From the NCBI GenBank assembly GCA_015478665.1, contig JADMII010000011.1, positions 13,889 through 77,888 on the forward strand: DNA of 64,000 nt, written 5' to 3'. Source of the DNA: Dehalococcoidia bacterium. Its GTDB lineage: Bacteria > Chloroflexota > Dehalococcoidia > DSTF01 > JACRBR01. Shown here piece after piece: positions 30,564 through 39,705 of this stretch. The position numbers and the translations under genes were made by a program. The notes beneath the pieces were generated by a model, which was not told where the DNA came from, searched no databases, and saw only the letters and a list, made by a program, of their open reading frames with translations. Numbering within the stretch: position 1 is the first letter of the stretch; every line of letters begins with the position of its first letter.

Positions 30564-31403
30564 ATGGCCACTACCGCGTACCTCACCGATGCCGCGTCCA
30601 TCTCGACCGGCGCGACGCGACGGCTCGCGCTCGTCACCGGCGCCTCGTCCGGCATCGGGCGCGGCTTCGCAGAGCAGTTGGCGCGGACAGGATACGACGT
30701 CGTCGTCGTCGCCCGCCGCCGCGATGTGCTCGATACCCTCGCATCGGACCTGCAGTCCGCGCATGGCGCGCAGGTGGAGGTGCTCGAGGCCGATCTCGCG
30801 ACCGACGCCGGCGTGACGGCGGTCGAGGAGCGTCTCGCGCGCGGCGACATCGATCTTCTCATCAACAACGCCGGCTTCGGCACGCGCGGGGAGTTCGCCG
30901 AACTGCCGGTCGCTCGCGAGCTGCAGGAGATCGATCTCAATGTGCGCGCGCTCGTGCGGCTCTGCCATGCGGCGCTTCCCTCGATGTGCGCGCGAAGCGC
31001 CGGCGGCATCATCAACGTCGCCTCGACCGGCGGCTTTCAGCCGGTGCCGTTCATGGCGACCTACGCGGCGACGAAGGCGTTCGTCCTGCACTTCAGCGAG
31101 GCGTTACACGAAGAGGTGGCGCCGCACGGCGTGACGATCACGTGCCTCTGCCCCGGGCCGGTGAAGACCGCGTTCCAGGAGACGGCCGGCATCGATCGGT
31201 CGGCGATGCCGTCGATCGCCTACGTCTCGGTCGAGGGCGTCGTGAGCGCCGCGCTCGCCGCGCTGCAGCGCGGGCGCGCGATCGCGATCCCCGGCGCGCT
31301 CAACCGCGCGACGGCCCAGGGCGCGATGCTGATGCCGCGCGTCGTCACCCGCAAGATCGCCGGCTCGATGTTCCGGCACGCCGGCTCGAAGCGCCGGGGA
31401 TAG
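30564..31403 (+). CDS. SDR family oxidoreductase
   Basis: TGASSGIG, NNAG, YAATK and CPGP. Confidence 0.92.
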   Translation: MATTAYLTDAASISTGATRRLALVTGASSGIGRGFAEQLARTGYDVVVVARRRDVLDTLASDLQSAHGAQVEVLEADLATDAGVTAVEERLARGDIDLLINNAGFGTRGEFAELPVARELQEIDLNVRALVRLCHAALPSMCARSAGGIINVASTGGFQPVPFMATYAATKAFVLHFSEALHEEVAPHGVTITCLCPGPVKTAFQETAGIDRSAMPSIAYVSVEGVVSAALAALQRGRAIAIPGALNRATAQGAMLMPRVVTRKIAGSMFRHAGSKRRG

Positions 31404-31648
31404 CGCTCGATCGATCGACGACGAGCAGGTGGCGATCGGCGTCACCGCGTTCCGGCGCGTGACGAGCGGCACCCGTACCTGCGCGAGGTGCTCAACCCGG
31501 CCTGCTCGAGGACTCGACCACCCTACCGCTGGAGCGCGCTGCTTGCGGTGCGCGCCGACGCTGGTTGAGGAACGCGGAAACCGCGGCGTTCGGCGCGCAT
31601 TGCCCACGCCGGGGCGCGTTGGCCGGGCGTGGCGGTCGCGGCGGTGGT

Positions 31649-34600
31649 TCAGCCGAAGTTGTGAGACGTCGGCGCGCGCAGGCGCTCGGCTGCTCTGCGG
31701 GCTTGCGGTACGGGCAGCGCCTCGAAGCGCTCCGCCAGCAGGTTGACGGTGCCTTCCTTCCGCTGCAGCGTCCCCGCGACGATCACGAACGGTTCGCCGC
31801 GCACGAGCGCCCGCTGCCGCTCGTGCAGCCACGGCGGCACGATGATGTTGAGCATCCCGAACTCATCCTCCATCAGCAGGAAGACGAAGCCCTTCGCCGT
31901 TCCCGGCTGCTGGCGGCAGACCACCATCCCCGGCACGCGCACCCGCTCGCCGTCCGGCATGCGCAGCAGGTGCCGCAGCGACGGCATCGCTTCGCCGATC
32001 GCCGGCCGCATCAGCGCCATCGGGTGGTGCCCCGGCGACAACGAGAGCAGGTTGTAGTCCGCGGCCATCTGCTCCCACGTCGTCATGTCTTCGAGCCGCA
32101 CGCTGTCCTGCGCGATGGGCAGCGGCAGCGTCAGCTGCACGTGTGGCGGCCGGTAGAGCAGGCCCAGCTGCCACAGCATCTCTCTCCGGTTCAGCCCGAA
32201 CGCATCGAAGGCGCCGGTCTGGATCAGGTTCTCGATAGCTTCCTCGGACACGGCGTGTGGTGCGCCATGCGGCAGCGCCGGAGCACGCTTGTGATGTTGG
32301 ATGGCATCGGCGGCCACCGCTCCGGCCAGCCGCCGCCAGCCGCCAGCCTCCGTCCGGGCGTGCGCGATCGGCGTGATGCAGATCCGCCGCACGAAGTCCG
32401 CCAGCGAGGCGAACGGCCCCCCGCGCGCGCGCTCGTCGACGATCGCCTGGGCCGGGCCGGCGCCGATGCCGCGGACGTAGCCGAAGCCCACGCGCACGGC
32501 ATCGTGCTCGACGCTGCAGGTCGCGGCGCCGGCGTTGATATCCGGCGGCAGCACGGTCACGCCGTGGCGCCTGGCGTCGTGCACGAGCACGTGCGGCGGG
32601 TAGAAGCCCATCGGCTGGGCGTTCAGCAGCGAGCAGAGGAACTCCACCGGATAGTAGCGGCGCAGCCACGCGGACTGGAACGCGAGGAAGGCGAAGGCCG
32701 CCGAGTGGCTCTTCGGGAAGCCGAACTCGGCGAAGGCGACGATCTTCTCGAACACCGTCTTCGCCACCTCGTCGCTGACGCCGCGGGCCCGTGCGCCATC
32801 GCGGAAGAGCGCGTAGAACCGCGCCATGTTGTCGCGCGAGCGCTTGCGGCTCATCGCCCGCCGCAGCGCTTCCGCCTGCCCCTCGGTGAAGCCGGCGACG
32901 GCGACGGCCGCCTGCAGCACCTGCTCCTGGTACAGGATCACCCCGAGCGTCTCGCTCAACACCGGCTCCAGGCTCGGATGGTCGTACGGCGGACGGAAGC
33001 CGGGGTCGGCGAGCTGCGCCTGGCGGTGCCGCACGTACGGGTTGACGGCGCCGCCGACGATCGGCCCCGGCCGGATGATCGCCACCTGCACCGTCAGGTC
33101 TTCGATCGACCGCGGCCGCGTGCGTGGCAGCATCTGCATTTGCGCCCGGCTCTCGATCTGGAAGACGCCGACCGTATCCGCTGCACAGATCAGGTCGTAC
33201 ACCTCCGGGTCGCCGAAGTCGATCCGGCTCAGGTCTTCGATGCGGCCGTGCTGCTCCGCGATGAGGTCCGCGCACTCTTCGACGAGCGAGAGCATGCCGA
33301 GCGCAAGGAAGTCGATCTTGATGAAGCGCGCATCATCGACAGAATCCTTGTCCCACTGGCAGATGTAGCGGCCGGCCATCGCCGCCTGCTCCACCGGCAC
33401 CAGCTCGACGATCGGCTTGGTCGAGATCACCATGCCGCCGACGTGCTGGCTGAGGTGGCGCGGGAAGCCGGAGATCTGCTGCGCGAGTGCGATCAGGTCA
33501 CGCCAGATCGGCGCGTCGATCTTGCCGGCGTACTCGTCGTACAGGGACATCTCGTGGGCGATGTCGCCGGCCGATCCCCAGCCGGCGCGCTTCGCCAGCC
33601 GGTCGAGCTCGCTCTCGGCGATGCCCAGCGCCTTGCCGACGTCGCGGATCGCGCTGCGCAGCTTGTACGTCGGGAAGCTCGCGACGAGCGCCGCATGCTC
33701 GCGGCCGAAGTGCTCGTACACTCGCAGGATCAGCTGCTCGCGGATGTCGCGCGGGAAGTCGAGATCGATGTCCGGGACGGAGGCGATCTCGTCGTTCAGG
33801 AAGCGGCCGAGGTAGAGGTTGTGCTTGATCGGGTCGACGTGTGACAGGCCGATGAGGTAGCAGAGGATCGACCCGACGGACGAGCCGCGGCCGCGACCCG
33901 GCGGCAGGCCGGAGCGGCTGCGCGCGGTGTGGCCGCCGCGGACCTCTGCCGCCACCTCGCGGCTCAGCTCGAGGAGCTCGCGGTAGATCAGGAAGAAGCC
34001 CGAGAGGCCGTGCTTGCGCACCAGCCGCAACTCCTCCTGCAGCCGCCGCTTGACGCGCTCCGGGATGCGCCCCGCCACGCTGCCGTAGCGTTCGCGCGCC
34101 GCCTGCCGGCACACCGTCTCCAGGTACGCATCGGCGTCGGAGCCGTCCGGCGGCGTATAGTCGGGGAAGCGATACTCAAGGTCCCGCGTGAGGTCGAAGG
34201 TGCAGCGTTCGGCGATGCGCGCGCCTTCGTCGAGCGCCTCCGGCCAGGCGGCGAAGAGCTCGGCCATCTCTTCCGGCGACTTCAGGTAGTACTCCGAGTT
34301 CTCACGCCGCTCGCGATGCGACGCCTCGAGCGTCGTCCGATGCCGGATCGCCACCATCACGTCCTGCAGGCGGTGGCGTGCGCGCTCGTGGTAATGCACG
34401 TCATTCGTCGCGACGTAGCGCAGCCCGTGCGCCTGCGCCAGCGCGACGAGACGCCGGCAGCGCTCCGTGTCGCCGTGCACCAGGTTCTGCTGCAGCTCGA
34501 CGTAGAAGTTCTCCCGACCGAACAGCGCGATATAGCGCTCGACGGCAGCTTCCGCCGCCGCAGGCTCGCCCGCCGCGACGAGCGCCGGCACGAGGCCGCG

Positions 34601-34993
34601 CTTGCAGCCGGAGAGCGCGATGAGGCCGCGCGTGTGCTGCGCCAGCGCCGCGAGCGAGAGGCGTGGCTCCTTGCGGGCGCTCGTCAGGTGCGCGGTCGAG
34701 AGGAGACGGCAAAGGTTGCCGTACCCCTCGCTGTCCCTTGCCAGCAGAGTCAGGTGGTGGCCGTCCTCGAGCGTCACCTCGGCGCCCGTGATCGCGCGGA
34801 TGCCGAAGGCGCGGGCGGCCTGCGCGAACTCCATGGAACCGTAGAGCCCGTCGTGGTCGGTGAGCGCCAGCGTCTCATAGCCCAGGTCGCGCGCGCGCAG
34901 GATCAACTCGTCGGGGCTGGAGGCGCCATCGAGCAGCGACCAGCAGGAGTGGAGGTGGAGCTCGGCGCGGTAGCGGTGGGCCGGGGCTGCCAT
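31649..34993 (-). CDS. dnaE2: Error-prone DNA polymerase (DnaE2/ImuC)
   Basis: PHP H.HS..S.LDG, GRGSS, PDIDLD, RHLSQHVGG, GFPKSH and the C-terminal SHNFG (S[RH].F[HG]) DnaE2 signature. Confidence 0.93.
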   Translation of the reverse strand: MAAPAHRYRAELHLHSCWSLLDGASSPDELILRARDLGYETLALTDHDGLYGSMEFAQAARAFGIRAITGAEVTLEDGHHLTLLARDSEGYGNLCRLLSTAHLTSARKEPRLSLAALAQHTRGLIALSGCKRGLVPALVAAGEPAAAEAAVERYIALFGRENFYVELQQNLVHGDTERCRRLVALAQAHGLRYVATNDVHYHERARHRLQDVMVAIRHRTTLEASHRERRENSEYYLKSPEEMAELFAAWPEALDEGARIAERCTFDLTRDLEYRFPDYTPPDGSDADAYLETVCRQAARERYGSVAGRIPERVKRRLQEELRLVRKHGLSGFFLIYRELLELSREVAAEVRGGHTARSRSGLPPGRGRGSSVGSILCYLIGLSHVDPIKHNLYLGRFLNDEIASVPDIDLDFPRDIREQLILRVYEHFGREHAALVASFPTYKLRSAIRDVGKALGIAESELDRLAKRAGWGSAGDIAHEMSLYDEYAGKIDAPIWRDLIALAQQISGFPRHLSQHVGGMVISTKPIVELVPVEQAAMAGRYICQWDKDSVDDARFIKIDFLALGMLSLVEECADLIAEQHGRIEDLSRIDFGDPEVYDLICAADTVGVFQIESRAQMQMLPRTRPRSIEDLTVQVAIIRPGPIVGGAVNPYVRHRQAQLADPGFRPPYDHPSLEPVLSETLGVILYQEQVLQAAVAVAGFTEGQAEALRRAMSRKRSRDNMARFYALFRDGARARGVSDEVAKTVFEKIVAFAEFGFPKSHSAAFAFLAFQSAWLRRYYPVEFLCSLLNAQPMGFYPPHVLVHDARRHGVTVLPPDINAGAATCSVEHDAVRVGFGYVRGIGAGPAQAIVDERARGGPFASLADFVRRICITPIAHARTEAGGWRRLAGAVAADAIQHHKRAPALPHGAPHAVSEEAIENLIQTGAFDAFGLNRREMLWQLGLLYRPPHVQLTLPLPIAQDSVRLEDMTTWEQMAADYNLLSLSPGHHPMALMRPAIGEAMPSLRHLLRMPDGERVRVPGMVVCRQQPGTAKGFVFLLMEDEFGMLNIIVPPWLHERQRALVRGEPFVIVAGTLQRKEGTVNLLAERFEALPVPQARRAAERLRAPTSHNFG

Positions 34994-35047
34994 ATCAGGT
35001 ATATTTTCCCGCGAATGTATCACCGGGAGGCGGATGATGGCCCGGCG

Positions 35048-35350
35048 CTAGTACCGCTGCAGCCACCATACTCCTCCTGCCTCCGCCCCCTCGCCCAGAT
35101 CCCGGTACACCGTCAGCACCCGCCCACCCTCCAGCCGCAGCTCGTAGTACATTCGCGAGAGCGCCGCTTCCCGCCACCACTCGTCGTCGATGCGCCAGCG
35201 GTCCTGCACCGCCTCGACTTGCCGCCGCGCCCCCTCGAACACCAGCGAGCGCGGCATCCCCTGCGCGTCCGCTTCGACCTGCAGCCGTCGCGGCGCCCCT
35301 AGAGGTCGTAGTCGATGAGCGCGTACCGGCGTTCGGGGATCCGCGACCAA
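35048..35350 (-). CDS. Small hypothetical protein of the imuB-dnaE2 cassette (DUF6504-like)
   Basis: V..V.D.WRIDDEWW....R.YY and YRD....W; TTG start overlaps the imuB 3' end. Confidence 0.75.
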   Translation of the reverse strand: MVADPRTPVRAHRLRPLGAPRRLQVEADAQGMPRSLVFEGARRQVEAVQDRWRIDDEWWREAALSRMYYELRLEGGRVLTVYRDLGEGAEAGGVWWLQRY

Positions 35351-36504
35351 GGTTCCACCTCCACCACGCGCGCCACCTGCGGCTCGCCGCCGAAGCGCGC
35401 CTTCAGTTGATGCAGCGTCGCGATGAGTTGCGCCCGCCGCCGCGGCTGCTCGGCGAACAGCAGGCTGCGCTGCTTTCCCGTCTCCCCGCTCAGGTCGATG
35501 AACTCCAGCCCCATCTCCTCGACCGGCGCCGTCAGTTGCAGCGGCTCGATGAGCTTCTTCAGCACGAAGAGCAGCGCCTCTTCGTCCGCTGTCGGCTCCC
35601 GCAGCGTCAGCGTGTGCTCCCAGCTGCCGCCGCCCAGCAGCGCCAGCCGCAGCCGCAGCTGCCGCACCAGCCGATGGCGCATCGCCGGCCGCGTGGTCAG
35701 CCGGCCGATCAGTTGCTGCGCGGCGATCAGCAGCGCTGCGCTATTCACCGTCGCCGAGGGCATCGCCAGCGTCCCGCTGACCGGCTCGCTGCGCGCGCGC
35801 GGCACGAACGGCGCCGGGTCGATGCCGCGCGCCAGCTCCCACAGCTGGCGCCCCTCGCGCCCGAACTGCGCCTGCAGCGCCCCGATCTCGACCGCGGCGA
35901 CCTCGCCGATCGTGCTCAGGGCATAGAGCGCGAGCTTGCGCTGCGTCGCGTACGACACCGGCAGAAACGAGGTGCCCAGCGGTCCGACGAATGCCTGCTC
36001 GCTGCCCGCCGGCACGAACGTCAGCTCCCCGGGCGCGCTCACCGTCGCCGCCGTCCAGGCGATGAACTTCCCCTCGCCGATGCCCACGCTCGCCTCCACG
36101 CCGGCGCCCGCTCGTACCGCCCGCAGCAGGCGCTCGCCCGCCCGTTGCTGCGCCTCCGCTTCGGCAGCTTGGTCGATCGCGGCGAAGACCGTGCCTTCGG
36201 CATCGTCGGCCGCCTCGACGCGCGGCTCCGTATCCTCGATGGCATCCAGCAGGGCGTCCGCCGCCCGGCGGTAGAAGACGGGATCCGGTGGCAGCACGAC
36301 CAGATCGGGCGCCATCGTCCGCGCATCGCGGAGCGGCATCCCCCGCCGGATGCCGAGCGCCGCCGCTTCCGGGGAGCAGTCGATGATCGTGCGGTCCCCC
36401 GACAGCGCCTCGCCGATGGCGATCGCCTGCCGCCCGAGATCGGGAGCGCGCGCCCGTTCGAGCGCGATGCGGAAGTGGGGGATGGTGATACACGCCAGGC
36501 GCAT
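35299..36504 (-). CDS. imuB: ImuB-like inactive Y-family polymerase
   Basis: S.EA...GI..GM.L..A, S.GIG..K..A and LW..ARGID; catalytic DMD/SIDE acids absent; C-terminal PWSRIPERR. Confidence 0.85.
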   Translation of the reverse strand: MRLACITIPHFRIALERARAPDLGRQAIAIGEALSGDRTIIDCSPEAAALGIRRGMPLRDARTMAPDLVVLPPDPVFYRRAADALLDAIEDTEPRVEAADDAEGTVFAAIDQAAEAEAQQRAGERLLRAVRAGAGVEASVGIGEGKFIAWTAATVSAPGELTFVPAGSEQAFVGPLGTSFLPVSYATQRKLALYALSTIGEVAAVEIGALQAQFGREGRQLWELARGIDPAPFVPRARSEPVSGTLAMPSATVNSAALLIAAQQLIGRLTTRPAMRHRLVRQLRLRLALLGGGSWEHTLTLREPTADEEALLFVLKKLIEPLQLTAPVEEMGLEFIDLSGETGKQRSLLFAEQPRRRAQLIATLHQLKARFGGEPQVARVVEVEPWSRIPERRYALIDYDL

Positions 36505-36565
36505 GTGCCGGCTCCGTGAGAGGAGATTCGCCCTTCGAGGCAGCGCCTGCAGAGGGGTTGGCCGT

Positions 36566-36594
36566 AGTATAGAACGGATGTACTAGAATTTCAA
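36566..36594 (-). promoter_or_regulatory. Sigma70 promoter with a LexA (SOS) box for the imuB-dnaE2 cassette
   Basis: Minus strand TTGAAA-N17-TATACT; AGAAC-ggat-GTACT (36571-36584) lies in the spacer. Confidence 0.8.
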
Positions 36595-36769
36595 GCAGGA
36601 TCTTCTCATCGGCTGAGGTGCGGGTGATGCCGAACGGAACGGCCAGGCTGCTGCCAGCACGGCGAACGAACGGTTCTATGTGGCGGTCGTGAGATAGGCC
36701 TGGGAGGCGCGACGCCGCTTGCTGTGCGGATTCGCTCAACAGCGCGCCATTGCGGCCGAGAATCAAGGT

Positions 36770-37570
36770 GTGAGGAAGCTTGGCTTCGTGCTGCTGGGCG
36801 GCTGCGCCATCGGACTCGCCCTGGGTGGGGTCAGCGTCAGTCAGTCGTCCGACCGCCTGAACACTGATACGATCGTCAGCATCGCGCTGCTCGCGCTGGT
36901 CTCGGCGCTGGTCTGCGTGGCCTACTTCGCGGCGCGCCAGGAGTTCAACAGGACGAAGGGCGCCGTCAACGAGCTCAACGCCCAGCTCCTGCGCAAGGAG
37001 ATCGAGCTCGACCATCTCGCCGCCGTCGATGAGCTCACCGGCCTCTACACGCGCCGCCAGTTCGACGACCAGGTGCGGCTCGAGTTCGAGCGCTCGCGAC
37101 GCTACAAGCGGCCGCTCGCCCTGCTCCTGATCGAAGTCGACGACATGCAGGCGCTCGGCGAGCGCGTCGGCCGCCTCGGCCGCGGCTACCTGATGTCGCA
37201 GGTGAGCGAGATCCTGCGCAGCCGCCTGCGCGTCAACGACCTCGGCGGCCGCTACGCCCCGGAAACGATGGGACTGCTGCTGCCCGATTCGGCGGAGACG
37301 CAAGCCATCGCCGTCGCCGACAAGATTCGCGGGCAGGTGCAGGTCAACAGCTTCATGAGCGAGCCGTACGACAACCCGCTGCGCCTCACGCTCTCGATCG
37401 GCATCGCCCTCTTGCCGCACGACGAGATCACGTCCTACGGCGAACTGGAGAAGGCCGCCGAGCGGGCGCTTTCTTCGGCGAAGGCGGCGGGCTTCGATTC
37501 CCTCTGCGTGCACGGCTCGTCGCAGCCGGTCCGCACCGCCGGTGGGGGCGACATGTCGCTGGCCAGCTGA
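36770..37570 (+). CDS. Membrane-anchored degenerate GGDEF-domain protein
   Basis: Two TM helices, coiled coil, DELTGLY.RR, RVND...RYAPETM and T.SIGIA. Confidence 0.82.
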   Translation: MRKLGFVLLGGCAIGLALGGVSVSQSSDRLNTDTIVSIALLALVSALVCVAYFAARQEFNRTKGAVNELNAQLLRKEIELDHLAAVDELTGLYTRRQFDDQVRLEFERSRRYKRPLALLLIEVDDMQALGERVGRLGRGYLMSQVSEILRSRLRVNDLGGRYAPETMGLLLPDSAETQAIAVADKIRGQVQVNSFMSEPYDNPLRLTLSIGIALLPHDEITSYGELEKAAERALSSAKAAGFDSLCVHGSSQPVRTAGGGDMSLAS

Positions 37571-37726
37571 CCGGCCCGCTGTAGGTCGCGCATCACCTCA
37601 CCTATACTCGGGCCGTATGATCGAGCAGCAGCCGGGCATCCGGCCGATGGTCGCCATCGCGGCACCGCGCGTCGTCGCGCCGTCTGGCGCCGGGTGGTGG
37701 TCTGGTGGCGGCCCGGGGGCGGCGCG

Positions 37727-38311
37727 ATGCCGGTAGCGCGGCTGCGCGGCGTCGTCGAAGAGGCCGGTGACGACTGGGTGATCGTCGGTGTCGGCGGCCT
37801 GGGCATGCTCGTCTCCGTGCCGGCCCCCGCCGCCGAGGCGCTGACCGCCGGTGCCCGTGCCGAGCTGTTCACTCACCTGCATGTGCGTGAAGACGCGCTG
37901 ACACTGTACGGCTTCACGAGCGTCGAGGAGCTGCGACTCTTCGAGCAGCTGATCGGTGTCAGCGGCATCGGTCCCCGCGCGGCGCTGGCGCTCCTGTCAT
38001 CGCTCGACTACGCGCAGCTCACGCTGGCGATCGTCGGCGGCCAGGTCGACGCGCTGCGGCGGGTGCCGGGCATCGGCCAGAAGACGGCGGAGCGGCTCGT
38101 GCTCGAACTGCGCGACAAGGTGACGCCGCCGGCCGCAGCCGAGGCCGCGCGGCCGGCCGCTATGCCCGAGCGCGATGGCGAGCTGATCGCCGCGCTGCTC
38201 GGGCTTGGCTACTCGCAGCCGGAGGCGACGGCAGCGGCCGGGCGTGTCGATGGCGCCGGGCTGCCGCTCGAGGACCGCGTGCGCGCCGCCCTGCAGTACT
38301 TCGCCGGCTAG
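37727..38311 (+). CDS. ruvA: Holliday junction branch migration protein RuvA
   Basis: H.HVRED...LYGF, VSGIGPR.AL, VPGIG.KTAER..LEL.DK and AL..LGY. Confidence 0.95.
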   Translation: MPVARLRGVVEEAGDDWVIVGVGGLGMLVSVPAPAAEALTAGARAELFTHLHVREDALTLYGFTSVEELRLFEQLIGVSGIGPRAALALLSSLDYAQLTLAIVGGQVDALRRVPGIGQKTAERLVLELRDKVTPPAAAEAARPAAMPERDGELIAALLGLGYSQPEATAAAGRVDGAGLPLEDRVRAALQYFAG

Positions 38312-38384
38312 CCTGTGCCGCGCGGCATGGGGCCGGAGCGACAATCCGGGGCGTGTCGCCGCCCGGCGACGCCTGCGCGCCGCG

Positions 38385-39518
38385 CTACCCCAGCGCGTCC
38401 TTGATCTTGCCCATGATGCCGCGATCCTCCTGCGGCTTGACGTCGGACCCCAGCGACTCCGCCAGCCGGCGCAGCAACTCCTTCTGCTCCTTCGACAGGT
38501 TCTTCGGCGTCACGACGTTGGCGCGCACGATCATGTCGCCGCGGCCGCCGCCGCGCAGGTGCGGTACGCCCTTCCCGCGCACGACGAACAGCTCGCCGGT
38601 CTGTGTGCCGGCGGGGATCCGCAGCTCGTACGGCTCGTTGTCCACCGTCGGCACCTCGACGGCGTCGCCGAGGCCCACCTGCGCGAAGTTCAGGTCGAGG
38701 TCGAGCAGGATGTCATCCTCGTCGCGGCGGAAGAACTCGTGCGGCCTGACGTTGAGCGAGAGGTAGAGATGACCGCGCGGGCCGCCCTGGCTGCCGACCT
38801 CACCTTCGTTGGCGAGCCGGATCTGCGAGCCGCTGTCCACCCCCCCCGGGATCGCCACCGAGAGCTTCCGTGTCCGCTTCTCGCGTCCGCTCCCCCGGCA
38901 GTGCTTGCAGGGCGTATTGACGACCCGCCCTTCCCCGCGGCAGCGGTCGCACATGGTCACGTTGACGAACTGCCCGAAGATGCTCTGCTGCGTCCGCCGC
39001 AACTCGCCGCTGCCGTTGCACTGCGGGCATCGTTCGGGCTGCGTGCCAGGCTCGGCGCGCAGTCCGTTGCAGGCGCTGCAGACCTCGCTGCCGACGAGTT
39101 CGAACTCCTTCTCGGTGCCGAAGACGGCCTCCTCGAACGAGATCGTCATCGATAGCCGGACGTCGGCGCCGCGCACGGGGCCGCGCTGCGTGCGGCCGTT
39201 GGCGCCACCGAAGAAGGCATCGAAGATGTCGCCGAGTCCGCCGAAGCCGAAGCCCTCGAAGCCGCGCGCGAACGGATTCTCGCCGCCCTGCGCCGCCGCG
39301 TGCCCGAAGCGGTCGTACATCGCCCGGCGCTCGGGGTCGGAGAGCACCTCGTAGGCCTCGTTGACCTCCTTGAAGCGCGCCTCGGCGCCGGCCTCCGCGT
39401 TGCGGTCCGGATGGTATCGCATCGCTAGGCGCCGGAACGCCTTCTTGAGCTCCTCCGGGGAGGCGTTGCGCGCCACCCCGAGGACGTCGTAGTAGTCCTG
39501 TTTTCTGTCTGTTGCCAT
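38385..39518 (-). CDS. dnaJ: Chaperone DnaJ
   Basis: J-domain HPD, G/F region and four CxxCxGxG-type repeats. Confidence 0.96.
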   Translation of the reverse strand: MATDRKQDYYDVLGVARNASPEELKKAFRRLAMRYHPDRNAEAGAEARFKEVNEAYEVLSDPERRAMYDRFGHAAAQGGENPFARGFEGFGFGGLGDIFDAFFGGANGRTQRGPVRGADVRLSMTISFEEAVFGTEKEFELVGSEVCSACNGLRAEPGTQPERCPQCNGSGELRRTQQSIFGQFVNVTMCDRCRGEGRVVNTPCKHCRGSGREKRTRKLSVAIPGGVDSGSQIRLANEGEVGSQGGPRGHLYLSLNVRPHEFFRRDEDDILLDLDLNFAQVGLGDAVEVPTVDNEPYELRIPAGTQTGELFVVRGKGVPHLRGGGRGDMIVRANVVTPKNLSKEQKELLRRLAESLGSDVKPQEDRGIMGKIKDALG

Positions 39519-39705
39519 GTTCCCCGTGGTCGTCTGGAACGCCGCGCTTCTGCATCGGCATTCCCATTGTAACGGGCGGCTGGATCGCGAGGGTAGCCGC
39601 GCCGGGCCGTGGGCCCGGGGTATGCGCGTTACCGGCAGGATGGGCGGGCGCGGCGGGTAGGAGGTCCGCGCCGCGTCCGCCCTGCGTCCTGCCTCCGCTG
39701 GAGCA

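Noticed and set aside
32252-32380. Intein in DnaE2
   Set aside because: Far too short and lacks the His-Asn C-terminus followed by Cys/Ser/Thr
36663-36677. Second possible LexA box CGAAC-gaacg-GTTCT upstream of imuB
   Set aside because: Half-sites are spaced by 5 nt rather than 4, and it lies upstream of the -35; weak support
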